From the NCBI GenBank assembly GCA_038496445.1, contig JALMLS010000204.1:186001-250000 (forward strand): a stretch of 64,000 bases of DNA. Reading direction: 5' to 3'. Each line of letters starts with the position of its first letter. The first letter of the stretch is position 1. Below, piece by piece: positions 26,407-39,300 of the stretch. Source of the stretch: Trichosphaerium sp. ATCC 40318 (taxonomy: Eukaryota > Protista > Tubulinea). The position numbers were made by a program, and so were the translations under genes. The notes beneath the pieces were generated by a model. It was given only the letters and a program-made list of their open reading frames with translations. It had not been told where the DNA came from and did no database searches.

Positions 26407-27459
26407 TCAAAGTCGTTTGCGTTCATAAGGACAATGTCTTCTCCTTGTTTTTAAAGTACGTTGTGGCTTGTATGTTGAAAAATTAGATTTGGCAGCTTTG
26501 ATTCTTAGTCGTTCTTGAAGAGAGGCAAGAATGACTTTGTAAATAAATATAAATTGGCCAAGAGTTTGAACCATTGCCCAGCTTCTTTGTCTTCGTAGCA
26601 TCGTTATTATATCAGGAACATTAATAATACGATTAAGAGACTCTGTAAAGCAAGTAGCAAAGTCTTCACTTGAAGCTGTGTTCGAGAAATCCAAAGAATC
26701 AATTTTCTTCTCAAATCTGGCAATCTTCGCCATGGCGATCGCTGAGCTTATGAAAGTTCCAGCTCTGCCTACGCCAGCGGAGCAGTGTGTGATAACAGGT
26801 CCGTTGAGGTTAATTACCTTAGACTCTTCTCTGTATAGCTCTGTAAGGTTGTAGAGCGCTACAATTGATCTAGCGTCTGAAGGAGTTCCAAAGTCTGGCC
26901 ATCCCATGAACTGTAGTTGTGTTACACGTCTCGTTTCGCCGGTTGTATTGTGCGTAAGAGAAAACCTCCTTGTGATCGTTTCTTGATTTCCGGGCGTTTG
27001 GCTCACTAGGGTTATTGTTATGCCTCCCCATACGTTCGAGAGACCCATGCGATTAGGCCAATACATGTCACCCTTTTTGTAGCCGTTTTCAAATAGTTTT
27101 AAAAGAGTTACAATGACCCCTGATCTTTGTTCCCATACCATTTGCCAGAAATCGTCAAATGTAGATGGTAGAGGACACTGTGTTGCTATCCATCTATGCG
27201 CCTTTGTTCCTTCTTCTGTATCGCCGCAGTAGCTCGCGTTGATATAATTATTAGTCCTCGTGCGCCATGTTGGGTTGAGTATCACTCTGCCTTCTTCGTT
27301 TGGTAGTATATTTGAGTATCTGTTCTTGTCTTCATTCGCAGGAGAAGCTGCTGTAGGGCAAGTAATTTCTATTGCGCTGTATGTCTTTGGTTTATCTTTA
27401 ACGTCTTCTAGATCGTAGAATTGATCTTCTAACTCGTTTATATTGAGGTGCTTCGTCAT
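26407..27459 (-). CDS. Classical protein-tyrosine phosphatase, intronless
   Basis: KNRYSNI, YINAS, IATQCP, DFWQMVWEQ, WPDFG, HCSAGVGRAG and VQTLGQF motifs are all intact. First ATG at 27459. Confidence 0.92.
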   Translation of the reverse strand: MTKHLNINELEDQFYDLEDVKDKPKTYSAIEITCPTAASPANEDKNRYSNILPNEEGRVILNPTWRTRTNNYINASYCGDTEEGTKAHRWIATQCPLPSTFDDFWQMVWEQRSGVIVTLLKLFENGYKKGDMYWPNRMGLSNVWGGITITLVSQTPGNQETITRRFSLTHNTTGETRRVTQLQFMGWPDFGTPSDARSIVALYNLTELYREESKVINLNGPVITHCSAGVGRAGTFISSAIAMAKIARFEKKIDSLDFSNTASSEDFATCFTESLNRIINVPDIITMLRRQRSWAMVQTLGQFIFIYKVILASLQERLRIKAAKSNFSTYKPQRTLKTRRRHCPYERKRL

Positions 27460-29092
27460 TTGTATTGTATTTATGTTTTGAATCCTTCCATCACGTTTTC
27501 GTACACACGTTCGGCTAAATGTCGCCACATCGTCACCTAAAGGCACGTAACAGGTAAATAGGTGTGTAATAAAGAGATCTACGTGTTTCAGGAGACGTCT
27601 CGGTGCCTACTTCCGTTTTGCTGAACGTATCCTGAACCGGTGCTTTTATTTAGTTTATAATTTCTCACACTAATAATTCGCTTTGCCCAAAGTCAGTGCG
27701 TTTGTATCCTTGGGTAAGTGTGAGAGTATGCCTAAAAAACCCTGAAATTCACGTGTAGTTTTTGGGTAATGTCAATTCTTTTGTTTTTCACTTCCAGTTG
27801 TCGTCAACATAGAGTTAATTCCGATCAAGGGTTCATGTTAAAAACTTCAAGATATTCGCATTTTCAAAGGTTTTTCACGCAATTTCTTTTAAAACGTTAA
27901 AATCCACTACCCAAATACTGCAAGTGAGTACTGCAATATCTGATTATTCTTAGACCAAGTTTTTTTCTCTAAAGAAGTAAAGTAGAAACCCCGTGTTTCT
28001 CCAAGGAGATTTTCATTCAACTTCCCTTGAGATTTTTTTTTGTTTTCCTCAAGAAAAACTTTGTGCGTTTAGATAAAGACACGTAAATCATTCTCTGATA
28101 CTTAAGATAACTCCTATTCGCTGTACCGGATGGTTGCACGTTTTTTGAAGTGACACTTTTAGGATAATTTGTAGAAAGTCTGAATGGAAGTTTTTTCGCA
28201 GTTAAAGCCTTTCGGACGCTTGCAGCTATCTCTGACACTCAATTACTATTTTTGTAGACCGGTGCTTTGCGTCATATGGTAGCACAATCGGGAAAGCCAT
28301 AAAAACCGACTTAGGTTTTATGAATGACCAGCTAAAACTGCACGTGGGTAGTTTTATGCATAATATCTGCATCTAAAGCTAACTCCTTATGACGATACTT
28401 TAAAAAAGGATCGGGTTGTCCGTCAGAGCCGTACTGCGTTCTTGTGATCCTTTATATGTTGTCACGACAACATAGATACGATCAGATAAACTCCCTTCGC
28501 CTGTGAATAGACAACCTTTTCTACAAGCGGATCTTTTTACAACTTCGCAGACAATGTTGAGCATGACGGCAACACGACTTCGTTGCCACTGCTCGGACAG
28601 CCAACGAACGTCACGACAACAAACACTTCATGTTATTGTAGACACAAACTCCAGGGTGGCAGTGACGGCCTCCTGTACGGTTTACGCGTCAGATACTTGT
28701 TATAGCACACTTTATTAAATCTACGATCTTTTTTTTAACTACAATACTGTTTATTCAGCACCGTTTACAACGTGTTTGTACTATCACTACAGAAAGGTTA
28801 CAATTGTTTGACAACTTTTATAGTAAACACGCACGTGTGAGCAACACTTATAGTGGTCGTCCTTGATGAGTTGACACTCGCAACTAAATCAGATAGCCGA
28901 GTTTTATGTAGGAATATAGAGTTGACAGTAATAGCTTTAAACAAGTTAGAAAAGATTACCACGTGGAGTTTTTTAATTGCCGCACTGGATCCCAAGATAA
29001 TAAATACAGGTACTAGGAAGAACAGTGTAAATCTCTCAATCTCAGCAAGTGCAAGAGCCAAACAAAGCAGAGAGAAAAATACAACATTGTAA

Positions 29093-29233
29093 ACAGAAAA
29101 GAAAACAATCACATTAAGAGCAATACAAACAGCTGTTTGTCTTATACTGCCTGGCGAACTAGCAAAACATGCTATATCAGAAGGAACAGTGTCTGTTACA
29201 TGGGCTAGTCACGCAGTATTGGCAGATACCTAG
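29093..29233 (+). pseudogene. Histone H2B C-terminal fragment (helices alpha3 and alphaC)
   Basis: Reads [35 protein letters not shown] versus canonical [36 protein letters not shown]. It is preceded by an in-frame TAA (29090-29092), and no H2B N-terminal half is found upstream. Confidence 0.7.
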
Positions 29234-29565
29234 TTTGAATACGCTTGCAATAAACTTCGTTCGGTGTTCAAAATATGCAAGTTGGTTGAACATAATACGC
29301 TACAAAATCACACTCGTGTTCGGATTTGACTACGCTATTTTATTTTAAAGCTAAGCCTACTTTTAAAAGGCCACTCCGATTCGGTTTAGGTCAAATCCTT
29401 CACATTGACCTAAATTCTTTGCAGGCAACTTGCACGGGAACAACATAGATTTTTTGACTGAACTGACATTGATTAAAAAAAATGATATACAAATCAATAA
29501 GACAAAATAGGTTCGATTCATTCAATTTAATACAAAATGCTTTCTTGTTCGAAGGACTTGCGTAT

Positions 29566-30258
29566 CTATTCAATTTCACCATTTCTTGTCCACCTTTTGT
29601 TTGTTACAATATCACCTCTATCGTAGGTAATTTCTTGTTGTTTGTTACCATTTTCCCACCATGTAATAAACTCACCATCAAGTACACTGCTCTTATAATT
29701 CTTAAGTGACTTCATCTGACCATCTTCATACCACGTTGTCTCTGTACCTTCCTTTCTATTAAACTTGAAATTAACAGAAGAATACTTCTGTCCATTCTCA
29801 TAAAAACTCTCAGATAGACCACACTTAAACCCACCAGAATGTGTTGTAATCTCTAGTATTTTACCACTTTTAAACCATGTCTTCTCTTCACCTTTTATTT
29901 TACCATCAATATAAAGACACTCTGTGTATTTCTGACCATCCTCATAATAGGTAGTATGTCTTCCATCTTTTTTACCGTTTGAAAAAAAGCAAACAACTGT
30001 AAAATAACCATACTTAGTGTACCATCCGTAGTCAGGCCTGCGGAATTTCCCAATGAATTTGCCATCTTGTTGGAGTTTTTCGTTATATCGGGACTTAATA
30101 GCTGCTTCTTTGCACAAAAGTGGCCAAGTCAAGTACACGTGCTTGTCATAGTCCAGAATATCGTGTATGATCTCAGTAGGTAAATTTAGAATGTAAGCTG
30201 ACCGTTTATTGCTAGTGCTGTAGTCTTCAGCGTTGACAGCGAGTTGTGTTGGTTCCAT
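29566..30258 (-). CDS. Intronless F-box-like + MORN-variant (YwqK-like) repeat protein
   Basis: ILNLPTEIIHDIL followed by about 5 repeats such as GRHTTYYEDGQKYTECLYIDGKIKG and GTETTWYEDGQMKSLKNYK. Confidence 0.8.
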   Translation of the reverse strand: MEPTQLAVNAEDYSTSNKRSAYILNLPTEIIHDILDYDKHVYLTWPLLCKEAAIKSRYNEKLQQDGKFIGKFRRPDYGWYTKYGYFTVVCFFSNGKKDGRHTTYYEDGQKYTECLYIDGKIKGEEKTWFKSGKILEITTHSGGFKCGLSESFYENGQKYSSVNFKFNRKEGTETTWYEDGQMKSLKNYKSSVLDGEFITWWENGNKQQEITYDRGDIVTNKRWTRNGEIE

Positions 30259-30618
30259 GTTGAATTATGTGTTAAAATTGGAAACTACAACTTGTAAGCG
30301 TAACAAGGAGTGTGACGACGGTCTCTTGGTGCTTTTTGAGCGTACAGTATAGCTCCTGGGTGCCTCAGTACTGAAGTGCCTTTGTTACCAATAAACACAG
30401 TGTAATTACTGCGTAAGAATAGTATATGATTTTAAAACGCGCCAGGGCTAGTTAATACGCTTATAGATTTGTTATGACAGCGTTTCCGATTTTGAGCGAA
30501 AATAACACGCAGATTCGGGGCTTTAAATTAGTCTCCACAAACATAGTTTGTGCAGCTAAGAAGGTGTCAGCTTTTTGTTGGACTGTACAAAGAAGGTTGT
30601 AAAGCAATACAACCAAAG

Positions 30619-32105
30619 ATGAGTTTATCTGCAGCGTCACGCATGAAAAGCTTGTATATGCGTAGTATCCGCGTAGGGAAGACTTATGCAAAGCATCCAA
30701 TCTTACAAACTGTCACGCCAGTACTTTCGGATGCGCTACGTTTCATTGATAAAGACACATCTCTGGTAGTTAAGCGGCCTTTCAGCAACATGGCTGAGCG
30801 TACGTTAAATAAAATAATCGTAAATGCCACTAAAACCTCCAAGTAACATATAAAATCGTACATATGACAAGCGACAACAAAATTAAAGAGCTTTTGCCAA
30901 TTATTAGACAAGAGTTTCGTAAACCGCTTGCAGAACCTAAAAACGTACTAATATACGCTAAAATAACCTAATTGAATTAAATACAGGAAGAAGTGATGGA
31001 AGCACGTTTAGAACTAGCCGAACTGCTCGTAAAATATTTTGAATCAAACCACAAGGCATCCAAAACATTGGTAAGCATATAGATTAAACGGGAAAAGTTA
31101 TTTAACAGCTGAAAAAATTAGATTAATAATTTACACGATATAACGATTCCTCCTGTTAATAAAGATGCCTCATGGACCATACTAGATTATAACGGTATTA
31201 TAAGATAATAGTATGATGATTCTAAACGAGGTTTAGAGTTTGGTACAGGTGATTTTTTAGTGGCACATCCGTCAACTGGAGGTCCATTTATACGAACAAT
31301 AATTTATCTATATGATGTTCCAGAGAGTTGCAAATATGTTAAAGGTGTTGTTGTAAATAAGCATAATATAGAAGGAATTAATGAATCTGATAGCGGTACG
31401 CTCAACCCCGTTTCAGCGTCATTTTTGGTTTTGATGAATTTTTATTTATTTATTCGTGTTAGGGTTTTATGGAGGTCCTGTGCCAGGAACTTTGACGCTG
31501 ACATCAAAAGAGCTGTTTGAGAAGGCGAAACAAGAAAATACAAACGGGGCTGACTGGAAAAAAACTTTTGATGGCTTGTCTACATGGGGTACGCTGTAAG
31601 CCTCAAACCTTGCTTACAAAAAAAAATAGGTTATGGTCAACTACAGGATGAACTTGATAGCGGTACTTGGATGCTTGTTAGAGGATCAGCTGCTAGTGCA
31701 CACGAGGTTATATTTGGAGATGGTACAGAAAGATACTGTAGCTCGAAATAAATTAATGTGCTTTTATTACAGATACCGATTTTCAAAAATACAAAAATAT
31801 TACAGAAAATATTGGCGGTATAATTGGTGCTTGGGGACAACTACCAGAGACTTGTACGGGCTTAAAATTTATTACTCATGGACTGTACTAACTGTCTTTT
31901 ATAGTTAGCGATTTACCTACTGCTTTTAAACTCGATAATTTCCTTGAAACTTGCGATTCAAGCGCGTAAGTTCGGTCATCTTTTTTTCTTAGTTTTTTCT
32001 ACTCACGGCGTGTCATTTTAGGCAAGTTATAAAAAAGAGCTTGGAGCGTGGTAGACAGCGTGGTATACTATTCTATGAAAATTAGAGACTCATACGCAAT
32101 ACTGG
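30619..32105 (+). CDS. DUF179/AlgH (UPF0301)-like protein with N-terminal extension, multi-exon
   Basis: GDFLVAHPSTGGPFIRTIIYL..GVVVNK, then FYGGPV and WGYGQLQDELDSGTW after splicing. Stop TAG 32103-32105. Confidence 0.6.
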
Positions 32106-32348
32106 TGAGACCAGAAAATGTAATAACAAAAAAACACAATTTTTGTCCAGTACTGGATAGCAAATCTTTTGACACAGACTCTTGATAGTATAAATGTACA
32201 GTCCTTTGTATTTTGTCAGTAAATATTAGATTTCCATTTTCGAGAGTTTGTTTAGAAAGGTTAATGAACGACACCTTTACTTAACACTCGCAACGTACTA
32301 AATTAAGGTTTTGTGTAAAAACTCAAGTGTTTTTTGGCTGTAGGCGCA

Positions 32349-35341
32349 ATGGCGGATAAATCCAAGGTACTTGATGTTTGTGTAAAGGTTGTACAAATTT
32401 TAACAATTAAAAGTATGCTCAATACACTTGGAAACCGCCTTCAATGAGTATGGCATCACACAGCACAAATAAAATTGACGAAGAAGGCTACTTCATTAAT
32501 TTTCGAAGCCAACAGAGTTTATTTAACCTTGTAGCTGATTCTGAAGGTATGCAAAGTTGCGGTTAATGGTTTTAAATGGTTTAGGTTTCGATGAATCAAA
32601 AGGCGTTCTTACAGCCAAAGAAACCGGTCACTACCTCTCAAGTATCATTTTACGCTATCCAGATGATCAAAAAGAGCAACCAAATGCCACAGCCGAATTA
32701 ACCCATCCACTATGTGAAGACAGGTAAAAAAGGCTTATTACTTTACCTAAAACCACGCTAACATCCATGCCAGTAAAATGGAATGGCGAGTACCTCAACC
32801 AATTGATCTTAACCAGTTCGAAAAAAACCACAATGTGACGTTGACACCTGATAACTTTATCGATGAGATTGTTACAAATTCAGACACGAACACTACATCA
32901 GCTTTTAAGCATCAATCCATAGAACAGGAAAACCGTAAACGCACACGACTACGTTTAATATATGGTAAGTTTTACAAAAAAACCCATAACTGTTAGTTCT
33001 AATGCATCAATCTTCCAGGTGCTAAGGAGCGATGGGGCCATTTTCCAGTACAATCAGAGCTTGCAAACCGATACTATGAGCATATTCTAGCGCCTATAAT
33101 CCCTAAATCGTAAGTACAAGGCTACCTCTCCCTTGTAATTGACCTTTATAATCTTTATGCTAGAAATGTGCCATCACTCGATGATACACCTGCTGTTTTA
33201 TTTGCACGCGTATTCAAACTACAAGCTGGAACACAAATACGTATTAAATTGAATAATACATCAACGCAAAATGGGAATATCACGTGCTGGTTGAACTTTG
33301 CCTTAATACAACCTATAACGCCTACACTTGATGAAAAATTTAAAGTTGAAATGAACAAGAAATTCGCTTTGCTCGAAACAAAGCACAGGTTTTGCTCTTA
33401 TATCACTGGTAAACGGTTTCCATTTGGTGAGCAAGTTATACAACACTTTAAATCTAAGCGCAAGGCTCTTGATAATCAAGAAAATACTCAAATTATCACC
33501 GTGACATGGCCAAATAAGAAGGATATTGAAAAAGAACAATTTATTTGTAAACCATGTGGGTACGATCTATTTGCATTTTTGTTTTGATTGTGGCATTCTT
33601 TGTATTGATGGAAGGGTTTTTTATTTAGAAAAGCATTCTCTACAGAAGAGAGTATGATGCAACACGTGAGCAGAGTAAAACATGTAGAATGCTTTGTATG
33701 TAAGAAAAAATTCTTAACAAAGAAAGCAATGTTTCATCATAAGAAGTACGCTTTTTTCCAATATTCAAGGGTGATTTCGTTTGCAATGTTGATTGGTTTG
33801 TAGGGCAAAACATAAGGAAGAAGAAGAGTATAAATGTACATCAAAATTATAAATGTTTTCTCAAGTTTAACATTTTGTGTTAGCCATATCGTATCGTGTC
33901 CGTCCTGGCTCAAAGAGGTACTATCAACAAGTGCGTCTTAGAATGATATGTGATGTAAATGGTTGCGGAAGACCATTCAATCAGCCTCAGGACTTGAGAG
34001 ATCACCACAGAGGTTTGGGTTTTGTTAATTGAAGGATTTTCATCGTCTAATGTTGATTCTTTAGAGTTCCGTCACTATTCATGTGCCTACTGCTTAAAGC
34101 GCTTTATATCAAAAAAGAATCTCTTGCAACACGAGAAAGACGCTAAGCATGATCTTGTTGGTTATTACAGTAACCAAAAACAGGTAAAAACAAATCTACT
34201 CTTTTTTTTTTCTTTATTTTCATTAATTTCATATTAACTTTATTCCTTGTTAGTATTGGGAAAAGCAACTTGGATCTGCAGAAAATAAGCGTGTTCGTAA
34301 ACCCGAATCAAAAGCGGGAGAGAAAAAAACGTTAAAGATATCATTGGTTAAAGAGAAGCTTGACACTGCTACTAGAAAACACGTGCGGGTTATCATACTA
34401 AGACATTTAACCTAAATGGTTTTTATGATAGACGTTCTATAAACAAGAAATGATGAATGTAAAATTACAAGACATGGAATTGAGCCAAGATGGCCATTGT
34501 GGTATGATAGCAAATCTACTTTTTTGATAGCAATTGGTTTTTTGTTTTTGAGTAAAAATCGTTTTCTGCTGTTGTGCCCGTGTATTTCTTGTTAATGTTT
34601 ATTTATATAGAGCTTGGCGTTAGTATTCCGCAAGATATATGGAAGAAGATAACAGATATGATGGCTATAGGTAAAAAGAACTATGTCAACCATTCAAGAA
34701 GGACTTTTGCACGAGGAATAAATGCTCATATTACCTTGATATCTCCATTCATAAACGCCACATATGGTGACCGAGTGGCTACTGTTTTAAGAGAAGTAAT
34801 ACCAAGCTTTTTGACAAGTATAACGTTGGATCTGCTTCCACCGCAAGGAGAGCAAGTATCAGAAAAGTACGAACTTTTTTTTCTTTATTTCTATTAGTAC
34901 TTTCTTTCTTCTCACTTGGCCTTTAGGGAATTCATTATTTACTGTCCTATATCGACTGAAAACGCTGAAAAACTTAAAGAAATCGTTCATAAGGTTACTG
35001 AAGCATTTCCAGTTTGTAAAACGGCGCACCGTGAGATGGTATGTACAGTTTTGCCCGTGAAATTTTATGTACTTGTTTTTTTAACGTTATCAACTAATCT
35101 TCTCTGTTAAGAATCCACGTCTTATTATTGGCCGTCATATACATGAAAAAGAATACGAAAGCGAGTTGATACCCTTACAAGATAAGTGGCCTGGGAAGAT
35201 GGCCGCCCTTTGTAGTCTAGAGATTCTTACAAGGTATATATTGTTTTGGTTTTTTGTTTTGGTTTTCAATCGACTTCTGACATATTGATTAGGACTGTTG
35301 ATGCTACAATCACTTCTTACACATTACTACATAACATTTAA
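32349..35341 (+). CDS. Multidomain protein: C1q/TNF-like beta strands + about 5 C2H2 zinc fingers + C-terminal 2H-phosphoesterase-like domain
   Basis: GFDESKGVLTAKETGHYL and VFKLQAGTQIRIKL (jelly-roll-like). Fingers include CKPCG..AFSTEESMMQH, CFVCKKKF, CDVNGCGRPF and CAYCLKRF. 2H motif AHITLISPF, second site NPRLIIG. Stop TAA 35339-35341. Confidence 0.65.
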
Positions 35342-36388
35342 ACATAAAGGAGTTGTACGGAATCTAGAGAATCGTTTTTAAACTTCAGAACATAAAAAAA
35401 CTTTTTTCTGAAAAAAGGCGTTATTTCATTAACCAGTCTTGTTTTGTTTATGGTTCTTTGGCTCTATAAACAGTCATACGTAACCATGATTTTGATTTCC
35501 ACGCAATTCCCTTACTTTCACCTTGTTTTGAAAAAGGAAAAAAGAGACTATTTTAATCGACTAAAAACACATGTGACATTTCAAAAACACAAGTACAGAA
35601 AAACAACAATTTTATAAATTCGTTTACAATCATTCGTTGATACTTCTTGCGTTGGAAAGTTGAGTGAAGCGTTTACGCTAGCGAATACGATGTTTTTCAA
35701 AAAACGCGGAGGTAGTTTAAATTCTAGCGTGTTGATTGCCTTCGTTGTCGTATAATACGTGTGGTTGTTTGTGTTTCTTTTTGGGAACAAAAGTTAGCTT
35801 TTTTTAAACTGTGCTTTAAATACTACAAATACGAATTGTACAACGTAATTGGTAGCTGTTGAGGGATCGTACAAAGTGATCTACTTGCTGAGTTGAGATT
35901 TGAAAACAACTTGTGTAACAAGCGCTAGTTTCGCTATAGATTGAACGCTAGTATTAAAAAATAGCGTCTAGAGTGCTTCGGAACTTATTCTGTTCGATAA
36001 ATGTCAAAATCCTTTAGTAAAACGTCAAATCAATAAAAATTGTCCTTCAAAACACCTCACATAGACCTCTAAGCGATTTTTAATCAAGCTCGTAAAAATG
36101 CTCGAGTTCTGATTTTTTGGAAGGCGCTCGACACCTTTACTGCTCTTTTAAGCGCCATGACGTTTTAGTATACTGTATGAATAAGGTCAAGGTGACATGT
36201 ATGACCAACTAGCGCTTTCCGGGATTAAAAAGAAAGCAACTTCCAAAAACAATCGTTTTCATTAACATAAATTTTTGTCACCCACTGCACAAAAGCACCT
36301 CCCCAATCACACCCTACACCCCTTCAAGTGCTTTTTAAACAAACACACGTATCTTATATCACTCACACGCTACTCCCCACTGAAAACG

Positions 36389-39300
36389 ATGAGATACACG
36401 ACACTCACACTACTAGCTGTATTGCTAGTAGCTCTCCTTGCTACTGCTTCGGCTACCAAGGAAGAAACGCAAGTTCAAGAAACTGCTGAAACTTCCGAAT
36501 CGACGCAAGCTCTAGAAGTTGTAGAATTGAAGGAAACCAAAGAATCTACAGCAGAAAAGAGATCAACGGAAGGAACTGAATCATCAGAAGCAGAACAAGC
36601 TGGTGAATCTGTTGAAAACTTAGAAGGATCTGAAGTATCAGAGGAGTCTGAAAAAGACGAATCTGATGAAGCCCATCCCCACAAGAAGGGTTACCAAAAG
36701 AAGTACCAAGGTAAAAAAAACAAGTACAAAAAGTCCGGTAAGAGCTACAAAAAGAACGACAAGAACAAGTACAAAAAGAATGACAAGAAAAAGTACACCA
36801 AGAACGACAAGAAAAAGTACAACAAGAACAAGTACACCAAGAACGACAAGAAAAAGTACAACAAGAACGACAAGAGCAAGTACAACAAGAACGATAAGAA
36901 CAAGTACAACAAGAAGAAGTACAATGATAACAAGAAGAAGTACACTAATACCAAGAAAAAGTACAATGATAACAAGAAGAAGTACACTAATACCAAGAAA
37001 AAGTACAGTGGCAAAAAGAAAAAATATGTTGTCCGTTACCCAGTACGTTTGAATGGCTTTTTTTTTTGTTTCAGTGTTATTGTCTTTTTGTTGTTTACAG
37101 CGTTTTTATAGATCCCTGGAAACAACAACTGTTATGCTCAATGCTTCCGTAAACTCAGTAGTAACTGGTATCTTCGTGATAAATGTTGTGATGAATGTAA
37201 CAGAAGACCAACACCAACACCAACGCCACCACTTGTACGAAATTTAAAAGTTTTTTTCATAAGCGTTGACGTTACTAACCTGTTTTTTCAACGTAGCCTA
37301 CAAACCCATGTGATCGTAAATGTTTCTTGAATTATCCCAAAGATTTGGTGGGACGCCGTGAATGTCTTAGATTATGTGCAACCCCTCCACCAACTCCAAA
37401 GCCACAACTTGTATGTTCAATTAATTTTTTTGTTAATTCGTAACAATTGTTTGCTAACTTTGAGGTTTTTTTCAGCCTCCAGGTAGATGTGAGCGCGAAT
37501 GCTTCTTGTACCATTCTAATCCTGGTCCTGATCGGGATACTTGTGTAAGAAAGTGTCCGCCACCAACGGCTGCTCCGACAGAATCACCAACAAAGGTTCC
37601 TCTTGTACGTTTATTTTTCGGTTTTCTGTGCTTTTCTCTGATTATTCTGTTTTTAGCCACTAGGTAGATGTGAACGTGAATGCTTCTTGTACCATACAAA
37701 ATCTGGTCCAGAACGTGATTTATGTATTAGAAAATGTCCTCCACCAACACTTGCTCCAGTAGCACCAAAGCCACGTCTTGTACGATATTTATTTTTTGTA
37801 TTCCAATCTCCTAACTGTTATTCTTTAGCCACCAGGCAGTTGTGCACGTGATTGCTACTTGTACCACTCCGAGTCAGTTGTTGAACGTAATAAATGCGTA
37901 AGGAAATGTCCTCCAACCTCACCTCCTCCTGTACGTCCATTTTGCATTTCTTATAACCTTTTCTAATTGTTTTTAACAGAAGAAACCAAAGTGCACACGT
38001 CAATGTTACTTGTACTACAAAACCCCAAGTGTTGATCGTGATTTGTGCGTACAAATGTGCGGCCAACAAACAGATGCTCCAACAGCAGCTCCAGATACTC
38101 CAGATTTCGTACGTGTTTTTTTTAGTCTTGGTTCCGGAAAGTTTTCGCTCTTACACATCTACTTTTAGCCTGAAGGTGGATGCGAACGTCAGTGTTTCTT
38201 GTACCACTCTAACTCTCCTAATGAACGTGATTCATGTGTAAGAAAATGTCCACCAAATCAAGAACCTATTGTACGTACTATTTTTGTGCTAAGTTTCTCT
38301 TCTGACTTTGTTTTCACAGCCTAAGCCAAAGTGTATACGTCAATGTTACATGTACTACAAAAATCCTGGTGCAGAACGTGATTTGTGTGCACTAAAATGT
38401 ACTACGGCAACCCCTGCTCCAGTGGCACCAAAGCCACCTCTTGTACGATAGTTTTACATTGTGTCTTTTATATCACGTTCTTACTCTTTCGTTTAGCCTG
38501 AAGGCGGTTGTGAACGTGACTGCTACTTGTATCACTCTTCATCCCCTACTGAACGCAGACAATGCGTAAGGAAGTGCCCTCCAACACCAGAATTTGTCGT
38601 AAGTGTAGTTTTTATTTATTTGCCGTATGCAATGGTACTGACAATTCTTTTTCAGCCTGAACACAAGTGTAAACGTCAATGCTTCATTTACTTTAAAGAA
38701 CCAAGTGCAGAACGTGACTTGTGTAATTTTATGTGTACTAAAACGACAATGGCTCCAACCAAAGCGACAATGAAGGACCCTCTTGTACGTTTTCTTTATG
38801 ACAAGATGTGTTTTTTTTTGTATTCTTACTTTTTTATGTTTAGCCAGAAGGTGGTTGTGAACGTGACTGCTACTTGTATCACTCTTCATCGCCTACTGAA
38901 CGCAAACAATGCGTAAGGAAGTGCCCACCAACACCAGAATATGTCGTACGTGTATTTATGTGAAATGTGATAGAGAGTCTTCTAACCAGTTTTTTCAGCC
39001 TGAACATAAGTGTAAACGTCAATGTTACATGTATTACAAGATGCCTGGTGCTGAACGTGATTTATGTGCTCTTATGTGTACTAAAAAAACCATGGCTCCA
39101 ACAGAAGCTCCAACACCAAAAGCACCTCTTGTATGTCAAACGTTTTTTTCTATGTACATTTTTTCTGACTTGTTTTGTAGCCTAAAGGTAGATGCAGACG
39201 TCAATGTTACCTATACCACGCTAAGCCTGGTGCCGAACGTGATTTATGTGTACTAAGATGTCCTAAACCAACTGCTCGTCCAACAATGAGACCAACACAA

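Noticed and set aside
28400-28720. Possible H2A-like partner sequence upstream of the H2B fragment
   Set aside because: There is only a vague resemblance on the minus strand (AVTATLEFV) and no convincing H2A motif.
29090-29092. TAA before the H2B fragment as evidence of stop-codon reassignment
   Set aside because: Conserved genes end in TAA, TAG and TGA and have no in-frame stops inside exons. The upstream ORF is not histone-like.
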